From: Octopus sinensis
Taxonomy: Eukaryota
Length of the DNA stretch: 64,000 nt
Reading direction: 5' to 3'
Assembly: GCF_006345805.1 (NCBI RefSeq)
Contig: NC_043015.1
Location: 13,888,001 to 13,952,000, forward strand
In this document: positions 52,085 through 64,000 of the stretch, in pieces
Layout of the letters: each line of letters starts with the position of its first letter
Position numbering within the stretch: position 1 is the stretch's first letter
Translations under genes and position numbers: made by a program
Notes under the pieces: model-generated
Databases searched by the model: none
What the model was told of the DNA's origin: nothing
Seen by the model: the letters and a program-made list of their open reading frames with translations, nothing else

Positions 52085-54245
52085 TATCCATTACGGCCGA
52101 TCTCACTAATCGGTTTCGCGTTAGGGATTCAACTGAGTGCTAGGTAACAATCCGATTATGTAACCCTGCGCTCATCAGAGGTAGCCGTTATGGAATGAAA
52201 TATGACGACTGCTCTCTATTGCGGGAGGTGAATAGACACATCCAGTTTGTGGTTGCTGTGAAAAAGATGATGAAACGAATCGAGCAGGGGATCGAGCAAA
52301 GAGTTATGTTTCTTGGTACCAAAGCATCGTCGTTGGTGGTGATTATGTTGCAAGTTGGCAAAAGATCGTCAGAAAAGTTTGTGTGAAGTGTGTGTTTCTT
52401 TAAAGTTGGTGTTCTTGTGAAACTGAAATGTGTGTAGAGGTGCTATGTGTATAACTTTTGCAGGGGGCATACACATCTGTATTCGTTAGTGTGTTTCCTT
52501 TCTGTTATGTATTGGTCAAATTCGTGGGGCTTTTGTGTGCGCATGCGGTGTGTGTAGGGGTACAATATGTGTGGGAGCTTATATCGGTGGGATGAGGTGG
52601 AAAAAGGCTATTGGGTAGGTGTCCGCCGTGTTAGGGCGTGTGTGTTTATTTTTGGATGCATTAGTGTACGTTCTTGTCAAACTCTCTGTCGGACTCCCAG
52701 GTATTGGTGGAGGACCGAAGTTGGGGGACTGGTGATTATAGTCATGGTGGGGAACACATGCATGATAGGATGTACTTCCTTTAATGTGGGCAAGGATTAA
52801 AAGCTTCATTTCTGCTATTCAGGTGTGTTGGTTGCTCTTTAAAATCACTCAGTTCTCAGTCAGGCGTAACCTGCACTCCCTGCCACTATTGAAGTACGCT
52901 TTACATTTCTCTTGAATATTCCACTTTATGCTGTACTCGGTGGCACTTTCTTTCAAAGACCGTACGTACTTGGCCAGGGTTGCGGCGTTATGTCTCTCTT
53001 GGATGTTCAAGGAAGATTTATGGTTGTTATGGCAGGTTCTGAAGGGACCTCCAGCTGCCTGCTCCCACGTAATTTCCTATGGATGTTACCTCTGCTTCGT
53101 ATACGACGGTCTCTGTATTACAATGGCCGTTCAGTGGACGTGTTGTGTTACCCCTATATGAGCATCCTCCCTCTGTTTCAGGTGTAGGCCTACCTACTAA
53201 AATCTTTTTTCATTGGGTGCACAGCTAAAAGAAATTCTCAGGGTATGCCTACTGAATATTTTGCTGAACCTATTTGTACGGCGGAGAAAATGCTTCTCTT
53301 CTAAACTAAGAGTTTTAACACTTGAAGAAAAGAATGGTGTGAACCACAACACTTTCCAGTGGTGCTTTCTCTTGGAGGAGTTAGGGTCTGGTGTGTAACT
53401 AATTCTATTATTGAAACCGCTGGCAGCATAAAAATCTCTTTGCTTGAAGAGAGATTAGAGTCTCCTCTGCTGCCGCCCTTAACCAGGCTCTTGAAAACTA
53501 TGGCTGGATGACAGGAATCTGTGTTAATATATATAGCTTCTCATTTGGCTTTCTAAAGTGCCTATAGGCACTGGGCTCCAAGTCCAGAGTCACATTAATG
53601 AAATCCACCGTTTTCAGGTTGCTTTCTGTCGTGACCTTCAGTCCAAGGGAGTTCATACTGCTGGTGAGGTCCTTTCTAAGCTTATCTGGTGTATAACCGT
53701 TTGCCCCTCTTGATATTGCCAGCGCGTCATCCCTGTTGAGGCTAAAGCTAGTGAAAGGAAACTTCTTTTTGACTACATCTAGGACGAAGAAACCAACGAG
53801 GTTGCAAACGTTAGCACTGTCGAAAGCGCCCATTACCACGTCGAAGGAGTCTTCTGGGTCAGTTCGTTTGGCCCAAGTCTTACTGACGAATAGGGTTTTT
53901 CTGGCATGCATGATAATGTGTATGTCCTCGTCACTAACTTCAGTGTAGGCACTTGCAAAGTCCAGTGCCTTAAAAAGGACGTCCCTCGATACAGGTGAGT
54001 AAAGGCTCACTATATCGAATTGGGTAAACCTAGCTCTACTCCTTCCGCTAATGTTATGGCATCGCTGGAATTACGCCATAGGGCGAGGCCAGAAGCATTT
54101 CTAACACCATTGTTGATCTTCCTGATGAGCTGTTTGCTCACCTGTCTTATCTCAGACTTCTCAGGGTTTATCATGCATTTGGGGTTGAGGCAAAGTTTGG
54201 TTTATGGTCCTCAAGCGTAATGAAGGCTTCTTTCTTTGCAAATGC
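52085..54245 (-). mobile_element. Decayed Penelope-like element (RT + GIY-YIG endonuclease + 3' tail)
   Basis: KEAFITLEDHKPNF, INPEKSE, FTQFDIV, FDVVMGAFDSANVCNLVG, LNRDDAL, VDFINVTLDL; then RPLNGHC..VVYEAEV..YVG..FRTCHNNHKSS..LAKYVRSLK..YSIKW..CRLRLTE; frameshifted. Confidence 0.9.
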
Positions 54246-55065
54246 CTCTATAGCGGTTTGTTACCAAGTTTCTCTTATGTTATATATTATAGCGAATATT
54301 TTCTAGTTAGTTTGTTTACTGTTATTGCAACTTATTATGTTTCCTATTTGGAAATAGATAAGATTATTTAGCTTTTAAAGTAGGGATATACAATGATAAA
54401 ACCGTTACTTATAACTTACTTAAGTGTTATCATTATACGTCAGTCCTAACTAGAGCTATATAAACGCCATAGAGAAATATACTTTCTGGAACGCTAACGA
54501 ACATTAGCGTGAATATATGTTGAATATTATTTTGTGTTCTTTTAACCGCTATAAAAAAAATACAGTTTAATAATTACAGAAATACATTTTACATATAGTC
54601 GAAGAACGTGAAGAAAGTGAAAACATTTTCTACATTAATTTTTCTTATATACATATAGCTTTTTTATATTATATACATTTTGAAGAAAAGTAAATTTTGT
54701 CGTAGAGAATTACGACTATATATTTTAACTATCTAATTTCTCATTCTAGCTACATTAAATCTCAACAATTCGAACAAGACTTGTTGGATTTTCCTTGGAC
54801 ATGGCATAAAAAATAACCAATGTCTCAAAGGAGTGAGTGTCGTGGAGTTTAGTTACATCCAACAAACACTGAAGTTTTCCCCAAAATCCAAGGTTTTTAT
54901 AACTGTTCAACTTGACTTTAAAGAATCGAAATCACATATAAATATTCTTTAACTAATTCTTAGAATTCCTATATGAGCAGTTATATTAAACAATGGAAAA
55001 ACGACAATGAAATTTCTTAACAATACGACATTACGTCATATTGCCAGCTACCACAAATGTATATA

Positions 55066-56206
55066 TTGGGTTAGCAACTAAGTTCCCGCCGTTTTTTAAA
55101 ATTTGTGAATTTATTGCGTTTTTAAATTTTGGAATCTTATTTTTTCTAGTTAATTTTTGTTTACTTTCATATCATTAAAAGGGAATGTCAAGTTAAGGAA
55201 AATGAGCATTTTCGACACCTCCTTCTACGCCAAGTTCACCTCCTATGCCAAGTTTAAAAAATGGAAATTTTGACCTCAAAAACGCACCTCGTTCTGGCCG
55301 TCCAGTTGAGTTCGATGAAGCCCGATTAAACCAAATTTTGCATGAAAATTCTCGCCAAACAACAAGGGAACTGACAGAGAAAATGGAATGCTCCACACTG
55401 CTATAGAGAAGCATCTTCACTCGATGGAAAAGGTTCAGAAGTATGGAGCATGAGTTCCGCATGCTTTAAGTGACAACAACAAAAATCAACGAGCCACAAT
55501 CTCCGCCGGTCTGCTTGCTCGTTACCGCTCAACTCATAGATACAAGCAATGATTTCTTTGCCGAATCGTTACTGGCGACGAAAAATGGTGCCCGTACATC
55601 AATATGAAGCAGTCTAAGGAATGGCTTAGCCCCGGTAAACAAACGACCACCGCGCGTGAAACAAGATCTTCATCCGCGTAAAATGATGTTGTGCGTATGG
55701 TGGAACTGGGAAGGGATTATCCATTACGAATTGCTTGAACAGAACCAAACGATCAACGCGAAACTCTATGTTCAACAGATGGAATGATTCAACATGACTA
55801 TTCAAGAGAAAAGACCTAATCGTCAGCATGGAGTTCTGCTGCACGACAATGCCCGCCCTGATATCGCCAATACGACCAAGGAAGCCGTTCAAATGCATGG
55901 CTGGGAAGTGCTGCCACACCCGCCGTACTCTCCTGATTTGGCACCAACGGATTTCCACCTCTTTCGATCTCTTTCAAATGCTATGCACGGAGTTTCTTTC
56001 AATACTGATGCAGAATTGAGAGCAATTTTTCGAGTCGAAATCGGATGATTTCTACTAACGAGGTATTGAAAATCTTGTTGAACGTTGGGAAGAAGTTGTA
56101 AACAACAAGGGTGAATACATTATTGACTAATTAGTTGTTATTTTTTATTAATCCTTTTAAACATTTTAATTTAAAAAACCGGCGAAAAACTTAGTTGCCA
56201 ACCTAA
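55066..56206 (+). mobile_element. Near-full-length decayed mariner (Mos1-like)
   Basis: TIRs ttgggttagcaactaag / ttaggttggcaactaag with TA flanks; RSGRP, VPHAL, IVTGDEKW, LHDNARP, HPPYSPDLAPTDFHLF; stops and frameshifts. Confidence 0.93.
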
Positions 56207-56523
56207 TATATATGTGTGTTGACAATTTGAAATCTACATATAAAAAAAGCCTAACGTAGAAAACGAGTATATTTATCTACTAAAATTGATGACGTCACTA
56301 GATATCTAAAAAACAAAAACTGCAGACAAGAATTCTACGTTATGCTTAATAGAAAACTAAAGAATAAAAAACTACAAATAATACTTCTACGTAATGCTTA
56401 ATAGAAACTTATATACTTTATGTCGCAATAATTTATTTATTTATTTAATATAGTAAATCCGTCTATAGGAATCAACCTTATTTTATAATAACTGTAGAAT
56501 TATTATATTTAATAACATATACA

Positions 56524-56940
56524 GGCGCAGGAGTGGCTGTGTGGTAAGTAGCTTGTTTACCAACCACATGGTTCAGGGTTCAGTCCCACTTCGTGGCACC
56601 TTGGGCAAGTGTCTTCTACTATAGCCCCCGGGCCGACCAAAGCCTTGTGAGTGGATTTGGTAGACGGAAACTGAAAGGAAGCCCGTCGTATATATGTATA
56701 TATGTATATATGCGTGTGTGTGTTTGTGTGTCTGTGTTTGTCCCCCTAGCATTGCTTGACAACCGATGCTGGTGTGTTTATGTCCCCGTTACTTAGCGGT
56801 TCGGCAAAAGAGACCGATAGAATAAGTACTGGGCTTACAAAAAGAATAAGTCCCGGGGTCGAGTTGCTCGATTAAAGGCGATACTCCAGCATGGCCGCAG
56901 TCAAATGACTGAAACAAGTAAAAGAGAGAGTAAAGGAGTA
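56524..56940 (+). mobile_element. Full-length SINE family 1
   Basis: Standard structure; possible 6-bp target duplication tataca. Confidence 0.92.
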
Positions 56941-57441
56941 TACAACCACCGAGGATCTCACTGGGTAATTAAAAAATATAAATTACAGAAAAGACAACCA
57001 AGTATCTGTTTATTCAATTTAATAAACTCTTATACAGGAAATAACCTTACTATTTAATAATTGAAAAATTACTATAATTATTGATGACTACACTAGGTAA
57101 CACTAAAGAATAAATGACTACACAAAAGAATAAAAATAACTGATAAGATAATTAAATACCTATTTAATTATTATATTATACCCTTTTATGGGAATCAAGA
57201 TTATTATATAATAATTGAAAAAATACTATAATTAATAATAAAAGAATAAAAATTTTATAGATAGAATTAATTCTACCTTGTGCTTAATCGAAGCGTAGAT
57301 ATTTTACATCGCTATAATTAATTACTTAGTCATTATATTAAGCACTTTAATAAAAAATTAACCTTATATTATATAATAATTAATTAAAAAATTATTATAA
57401 TTAATAACTGAAATATTACAATATATGTGTAGTAGTAGTAG

Positions 57442-57606
57442 TACTCTTTACTCTTTACTCTTTTACTTGTTTCAGTCATTTGACTGCGGCCATGCTGGAG
57501 CACCGCCTTTAATCGAGCAACTCAGTACTTAATCTATCGGTCTCTTTTGAACCCGGAACCATGTGGTTAGTAGACAAGCTACTTACCACACAGCCACTCC
57601 TGCGCC

Positions 57607-57608
<2 letters not shown>
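57442..57608 (-). mobile_element. SINE family 1 with large internal deletion, inside a (TAG)n tract
   Basis: Head fused directly to tail; (TAG)n on both sides. Confidence 0.85.
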
Positions 57609-57659
<51 letters not shown>

Positions 57660-58699
57660 CTGTTGGTTTATGTTGAGTAATCTAAACTGAAATTGCTTTA
57701 TGTCGGGGTCGATAACTGATGAAAGAAGAGAATACAAAAAGTGAGGACGCAAAGGAAATAAACTTTTAGAATAAATAAACTTTTAGAATGGGGAAAAGAA
57801 TCAAAGCCAAATAAAGGAGCAAGTAAGGTGGAGATGAGGGAAGATGGTGTGTGTGTAGGTGGGATCTGTCGAAATGGATTAGTCAACGGTTTTACATGCA
57901 GCCGAGTTCATAACACGATATCTATGTGTTTGTATAACTATATGCACTTTAGTGGATAATGACAAGTTCACCTCTCTGGAGATGGATGCTCGTACATATA
58001 TCTGAATGTGTCCATACATACTCGTTTGCAAATCTATAATTATTTATGTTAGGTTATAAAGCATATAATCTTACGATGCGACCTTGTTTTCCTCACTTTC
58101 ATTATTATTATAATATACTGTTTATATTATGTTCTTATGCGTCATACGTTTGCGTTCACGCTTTATATTAATGGTATACATAATCGACAGAATCCGTATT
58201 AGATCCACATAGCATTCTGTATACCATACTTAATACAGATATATTGTTGAAAACCTTGAAGCTGCGTTAGTTATCTCGGGAAGGCATCTCATATTGACAT
58301 ATAAAATTAAAATAGAGAAATGTGTCAGAAGCAGACGGAAAGTGTCTTGTAGTGGTAGTAGTATTTCTAAATGCGTATTTCTACTTCCTTTTTGCACTAG
58401 AACCCCTACATACACCCCCCCCACACACACACACAAGGAATTTACTTAAATATAATATCACGAAAAAAACAAGTTGAAGTTCTGAAGAAGACCAAAAGCA
58501 GAATTTAAAAATTCTAGTGTTCATCATACACTTAGCGTTTGGATGACTGGAACTCTTTTAGTAATTATAAAATGTGCTTAAATATTTATCTAAGATAGAG
58601 CTCTTCAGCTCAATTTTAGCCATTTCCAATAATTTCCCTTATTTGAAGCCCATCAAATTTTATACTATGTTGTTTAAATGAGAAAACAAAACTTTACTC

Positions 58700-59180
58700 C
58701 AGAACTTGGATCATCTCATCCTACGACAGTTGGCGAAATATTAGCACAAACATAATTTTCACCCTTCGTGCAGAAGATTCACCACTAATCTCAGCGAGAT
58801 TATGGGTCCTTTTTACACAAGCTTCTTATGTTTTGTCACTTCAGAGATACAGAGTTCAGAACTTGGATCATCTCATCCTACGACAGTTGGCGAAATATTA
58901 GCACAAACATAATTTTCACCCTTCGTGCAGAAGATTCACCACTAATCTCAGCGAGATTATGGGTCCTTTTTACACAAGCTTCTTATGTTTTGTCACTTCA
59001 GAGATACAGAGTTCAGAACTTGGATCATCTCATTCTACGACAGTTGGCGAAATATTAGCACAAACATAATTTTCACCCTTCGTGCAGAAGATTCACCACT
59101 AATCTCAGCGAGATTATGGGTCCTTTTTACACAAGCTTCTTATGTTTTGTCACTTCAGAGATACAGAGTTCAGAACTTGG
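58700..59180. repeat. Tandem repeat, 157-bp unit x3
   Basis: cagaacttgg at 58700, 58857, 59014 and 59171; one substitution noticed. Confidence 0.95.
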
Positions 59181-61869
59181 AGAAATGTTTCCAACCAAGA
59201 AGCACTTTTTCTGACTTGCCACAGGTAGTAAAACATACACTTCATTTTCATTAGTATTTTTTGACATTGCGATAATCTATATCTGGACATCTAAACCGAA
59301 CCATTAATCTATATTCACTAAACTTAACTCTAATTTCAAGAAGGTACATTTCCAGAGATACAAGAACATCCATGACAACATATCTTCTGACTGCAAGACT
59401 TTAATTATTTTGTTTAGTTATGATGATGTTCTAAAGAATTACCAGAAAGATTGTTTCTTAATTCTCCATTTTCTTAGTTAATCCTTCTGCAGCTCACTTT
59501 GAGTTTATCATCTCCTGTTCAGTGTCAGGTGATATAAAATCCAATGTTTAATTTTCTCAAAGACCCTGAAAAGCATCAAAATGTGATGACCACCATATGT
59601 CAGATAGGCGTTTGACCATAACAGCCTTTTCTAAAGATGATTCCGGAATTGTTCTACAAAAACAACGAAAAAGGAATACAGATACTGAACAAAGTCAAAA
59701 AATTGTACAATCTGAATACAAACTCTATTGCTTTTACTCCAACTAAATACAGATTGTATGCAGCACAGGGATATATATATATAGTAAACCCATACAGCTC
59801 ATGGGTCCATGATTGCAATTCACTATAGCATCCAGGTATGTTTAAGACATTCTCATATCACTAACCACGATAATGTAATGGCGGAATGTTCTTATTATGA
59901 AAATCTACACTAGAGTTTGATAGATATTTTTGCTATATGAGAAAAGATGAGAATGAACGTAATGGACAATTATTTATAGCATTTAATTATTGACAGAAGC
60001 CATATCTTGACTAGTATCTGCAGCAAGCAAACAGATTAGCATTGAACCCCACTCCCTAGACTCATGCTCCCACCCCAAACCAGGAAACTACCCAGGGTAC
60101 CCATGCTTTTAGACTGTACTATTCCCACTAAGTACGAGTCGAGACATTGTGGAAGCCTTTTCATGACAACTTAATCTACTAAAAAGAGTAACTAAATCTC
60201 CCTCAAATCATATTCTGCAGTGTTTTATTATATAAAAGGATACATTGGATGATATAGTATTAGACACACTGTCCGAACGCAAGACAGGATGTTTACTTAG
60301 TTATGGTTGGAAATTCTTTAATCACCAAGAGCAAAACAGACCTGATTTAAATAACAACAACAACGACAACAACAACAGTAATGAGAAGTATTTATTAAAT
60401 TGTTTTAAAGTAGGAATGAAGGATTGGTTCTAGACTTCTTCGAATGAACTTCCTGTGCGAACCGCTATCTACTAATGAGCCTCATCATGTGGAATATGAC
60501 TTATCATTTTAGGAAAACGCTCCTGTCACACTCATTGAACTCTCAGCCACTCCCACAACAACACGTGATAGCATTAGTTTCATTGATTGCGATACAGAAA
60601 GAGTTCTTTGAACATACGGTGACTGATTGGTCAGTCAGTCACAAATCGCTTTAGTTTTGATAAGTAGTTTGATAAGGAATCAAAATAGACTCATTGATAA
60701 TATGTGAACAGTTTAAATTTAGAATTAGGATATTACGTCGACAAATATTTCATAGGGTTGGTTTCTTGGGTCACTGATATTTCGATTAGGGTAAACTTTA
60801 ACGACTTTACAAGTATAGCTACTGTTCTTTCTCCTCTGAGTAACTCATTAACAAAATAGACACTACGTATAGGTATAACTCACGAACATAAGCAGACAAA
60901 TAACTATATAACTAACGAATGTTTCGTTACTGTATATTATTGAATTCAATTGCTCTTCTTCTATCAACCAGTTATTTTCCCACAACTCAACAAAACTGCA
61001 GTTAAACTTCCAAAATATTAGCAATATTCATGAAGTAAAGTAGTTTCAACCTGGAATTGAAACGAAGTCTTGGATTAAGTTCCAGTCGAAATAAGTTCAA
61101 TTGCAGGATAATTCTTAGATAAAAGAAGAGGTTGTACTTGAAGTATTCACTGTCCTTTTGAGACCAGTGAAACCAATGTGGTTAAGTTGGTAGACTAAAT
61201 CCTTTACTGGGTTTAATTCAACTTTACTATCTGTCAGTTTGCTACCTTTGGACCTATCATCTTTATCACAAACATTCGGATCAGGCTTTTGGTCTTAGGA
61301 TTACTTCCTCTCGTCCTGCCACCAATCTTAGTCGTCACGGGAAAGTTCGTAGACGTTGCTCTTCTTTCTATAATTAAGCTATTAAAAACAAAGTCAATAA
61401 CTGCACGGAAATCCTAGGCTGGGAGGGTATTCCAGACAGGTTATTTTCTGGAGTTAGTACGAGGCCCACAGATGAAAGGCACAAACAATATAGATGGCAA
61501 AAGGAGAGTAAACGATGGAGTTGTGTTAGTCTAGGTGTATGTGACACGGCACTAACCAGTTCCAAGAAGCAGGAGCCACTGTAGTCGTTGCAGAAAATGC
61601 AAAGTTAAGAAAATAGCATACCTATAGTTCATATTAGTGAACGACTCCATGTCAGTCAGTCGGGTGGCTTTTGGAGAGGAGGACCGACATTCCCAGCAAG
61701 ACCGTTCCAGATGTGGGAGTAGTTTCCTTAGCGAATCTTACTCGAGCTTCATAGATGATTTTCATTTATTCATTTACTTATTCATTTTCTCCAAAGTATA
61801 TATGCCTCACGCCTAACTTTCCAGCACATATCCCACACACCTCATATTATTCAGTATGCAATTTTACAC

Positions 61870-62165
61870 TCACTTAATTACTCAGATGTATCACATGCGC
61901 TGCATTTACGTTCCATATCCCTTCCAGAAGTATATATGTTGAAAATAAAACTTTGAAGAAGGGGAAAGTGATTAGTTTGCTCGAGAGAGATGATGAAGTA
62001 GAAATCAGAGAGATTAGTCTTCAGTTTAGGTGAGGCAGGGATTTTAGTCTTCTTGATATTCACTATTGGGCCGAAGCGATCATAAACACAAGTGAAGATG
62101 TTGTCTGATTTCCGGAGTGTGACAGAGAACAGTATTATCATCTGCAGACTGAAGTTCTGAAACGA
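61870..62165 (-). mobile_element. RTE-like LINE reverse-transcriptase C-terminal fragment
   Basis: ELQSADD (YADD-like), FGPIVNIKKTKI, LEQTNHFP. Confidence 0.6.
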
Positions 62166-62197
62166 GTTGGTAAGATGATGAGTTCAAATTCTGGTTA

Positions 62198-63082
62198 CAA
62201 GAAGCATTCCAAAAGTTTTGAGACTTTTTCAGGAGAGACATTTATTAATTTCAAAGAAGTACAAAACTCTAAGCTCTTAAGTCAGAATCCTTTGACTTTA
62301 ATGCACTTTTAGTAGTGCAGTAGCCACTATGTGAAGGTCTCACAGAAGTGCTCCACAGGGAAGGTGTTCAGAACCCTTGCTTCAACCTCCTTCATCTTCT
62401 CATTCAGCATAGGGAACAACCAAAAGTCAGAGGGAGCAAGGTCTGGACTGTAGGGGGTGTGAGAGATAGTTTTGATACCCATCTCTTTCAAGTATTCGGT
62501 TATCAGGATGAAAGTGTGGACTGATGCATTGTCCTGGTGCAGGTATCATCAACTCGAGTGGAAGAACTCTGGTCTTTTACAATCAAATCAGTTCCTGAAC
62601 TCCGTCAGAACTTCCACAAAGTATTCTTTGTTCACTGTCTGGCAAAAGGGAACCTAGTGGATATAGATAATGCTTCTACTGTCGAAAAAGGTGATTATCA
62701 TGAGCTTTCTGGTGGATTTGCTTTGCCCGATCAGTTGTGCCAGCGAAAAACAGTTGCTCGGCTCATACAAGTTAGTCCATAATCCGCCGGGAGCATTTTA
62801 TAAGTTGCCTTAGCGTTTTTGCCCAACTTAACACGAAACTTTATTGCAAAGCGAGCTTCTAAACTGTATTCACGTCCCAACTGCACTCTGCAAACCAGTC
62901 AGCTGGGACAAACAGTGTTTACTAGGGTGTGTTCAAAGTGCTGATACAGCTGTTTCTTTCAATCTGGAATAACAAAATTTGGCAGGTCAGCTTATTAGCT
63001 GTCTAACAATGATATACTAAAATTACATTAATTCAGGACAGCTTTTCCTAAAATGGTTTCAAAACTTCTGGAATGCACCTCG
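62198..63082 (-). mobile_element. Internally deleted mariner (885 bp)
   Basis: TIRs caagaagcattccaaaagttttga / cgaggtgcattccagaagttttga with TA flanks; LHQDNASVH..HTPYSPDLAPSDFWLFP. Confidence 0.88.
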
Positions 63083-63816
63083 TATGTTAAATAATCTACC
63101 ATGAAAACGGTTTACGATGTCAACACCTGGATCGTCAGAAGAAAAAGTATTGCCCACAAATATAAAAAGCACGTAAGTTCAAGAATATGCGTAAGTTCAA
63201 TACACATATAATTTGGAACTTCTCAGAAATCTTGTTTTCATGAAAACAAAGCGTGATATACCGTAGTATAGAGCTTGAATAGTATAGTAGTTTGGACAGC
63301 CGAAACGTCGAACAACCATCTATATAGCATCACGTGATCTTTTTCAAGATCGTTGAAGACAAGAAAGAAGAGTGTTGCTTTCCGGTTTTTTTTTGTTTTT
63401 TTTTTTTGTTTATGTTTTTTTTTTCTGCCGTTGTCTTGCAGAAAATGTCATGTCTATTGTGCCACGAGAGACACGAGAATAGTACTAGGATTTAGGAAAA
63501 ATCTTCTCCTCGAGGACCTGAAGGTTGTTTAGAAAGTTTCTTACAAATATTTTTCCTCTGATAATTTGCACACAACTTTCGATCTTCTTTTCCTTGAAAA
63601 CGTTAATGTTAACTGCACCTTTAATGCCAGATATGAATAGGGAAGATTCAGGACTGTTATACAAAATATGGACAAAAATAAAATTGTAAAAAAGAAATAG
63701 AGTCGTCGTCAATAACTTATAAGTCCTTATATTATTAACGTAAGATCGGTAAAGCACAAAGTCAACTCTAGCATAACTACATATATATATAATATATGTA
63801 TATATATATATGTATG

Positions 63817-63847
<31 letters not shown>

Positions 63848-63873
63848 ATATATATATATATATATAATATTAT

Positions 63874-63906
<33 letters not shown>

Positions 63907-64000
63907 TGTATTATGTATGTATGTATATATATTTATATTGTATGTATATATATATAATATATATATATATATAAAGGGGGGAATGGAGAGAACATTTAAT

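Noticed and set aside
58700-59180. CRISPR-like or coding repeat array
   Set aside because: Units are contiguous with no unique spacers, the context is eukaryotic, and the ORFs merely repeat the unit
59637-59836. + strand exon candidate ending in ccag|gtatgt
   Set aside because: No frame stays open across it and the acceptor is weak
63295-63320. ccGAAAcgtcg as a hammerhead 3' half
   Set aside because: No UH triplet and no upstream CUGANGA

Overview
AT-rich, repeat-dense animal genomic DNA, very probably an octopus. This is inferred from recognisable octopod tRNA-derived SINEs and RTE-type repeats and the dense (TA)n/(CA)n/(TACA)n/(TAA)n tracts; I cannot name the species. Host genes: (1) the last 5-6 exons of an unidentified + strand gene (1147/1357-8801), recovered by splice-site and phase reading; (2) an intronless, divergent profilin on the - strand (30145-30519); (3) an intronless, disabled FGFR kinase-domain retrocopy (about 12272-12943, -). 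Most other ORFs in the track are microsatellite or transposon artefacts. Mobile DNA includes at least seven mariner/Tc1/Tigger remnants (one mariner nested in another), a decayed Penelope-like element with RT and GIY-YIG, RTE and RLE-type LINE scraps, two non-autonomous Helitrons, a fold-back MITE and many SINEs. The most unusual signal is a set of non-coding elements sitting in TA microsatellites that carry minimal hammerhead ribozymes and form near-perfect palindromes. The largest is a ~1.45 kb fold-back of a 535-bp unit with two canonical hammerheads (42551-44000). A second hammerhead family lies at 40898-40984, and two perfect hairpins (27554-27707, 28100-28177) are built from hammerhead 3' halves or tails. 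No rRNA, bona fide tRNA or CRISPR array was seen.
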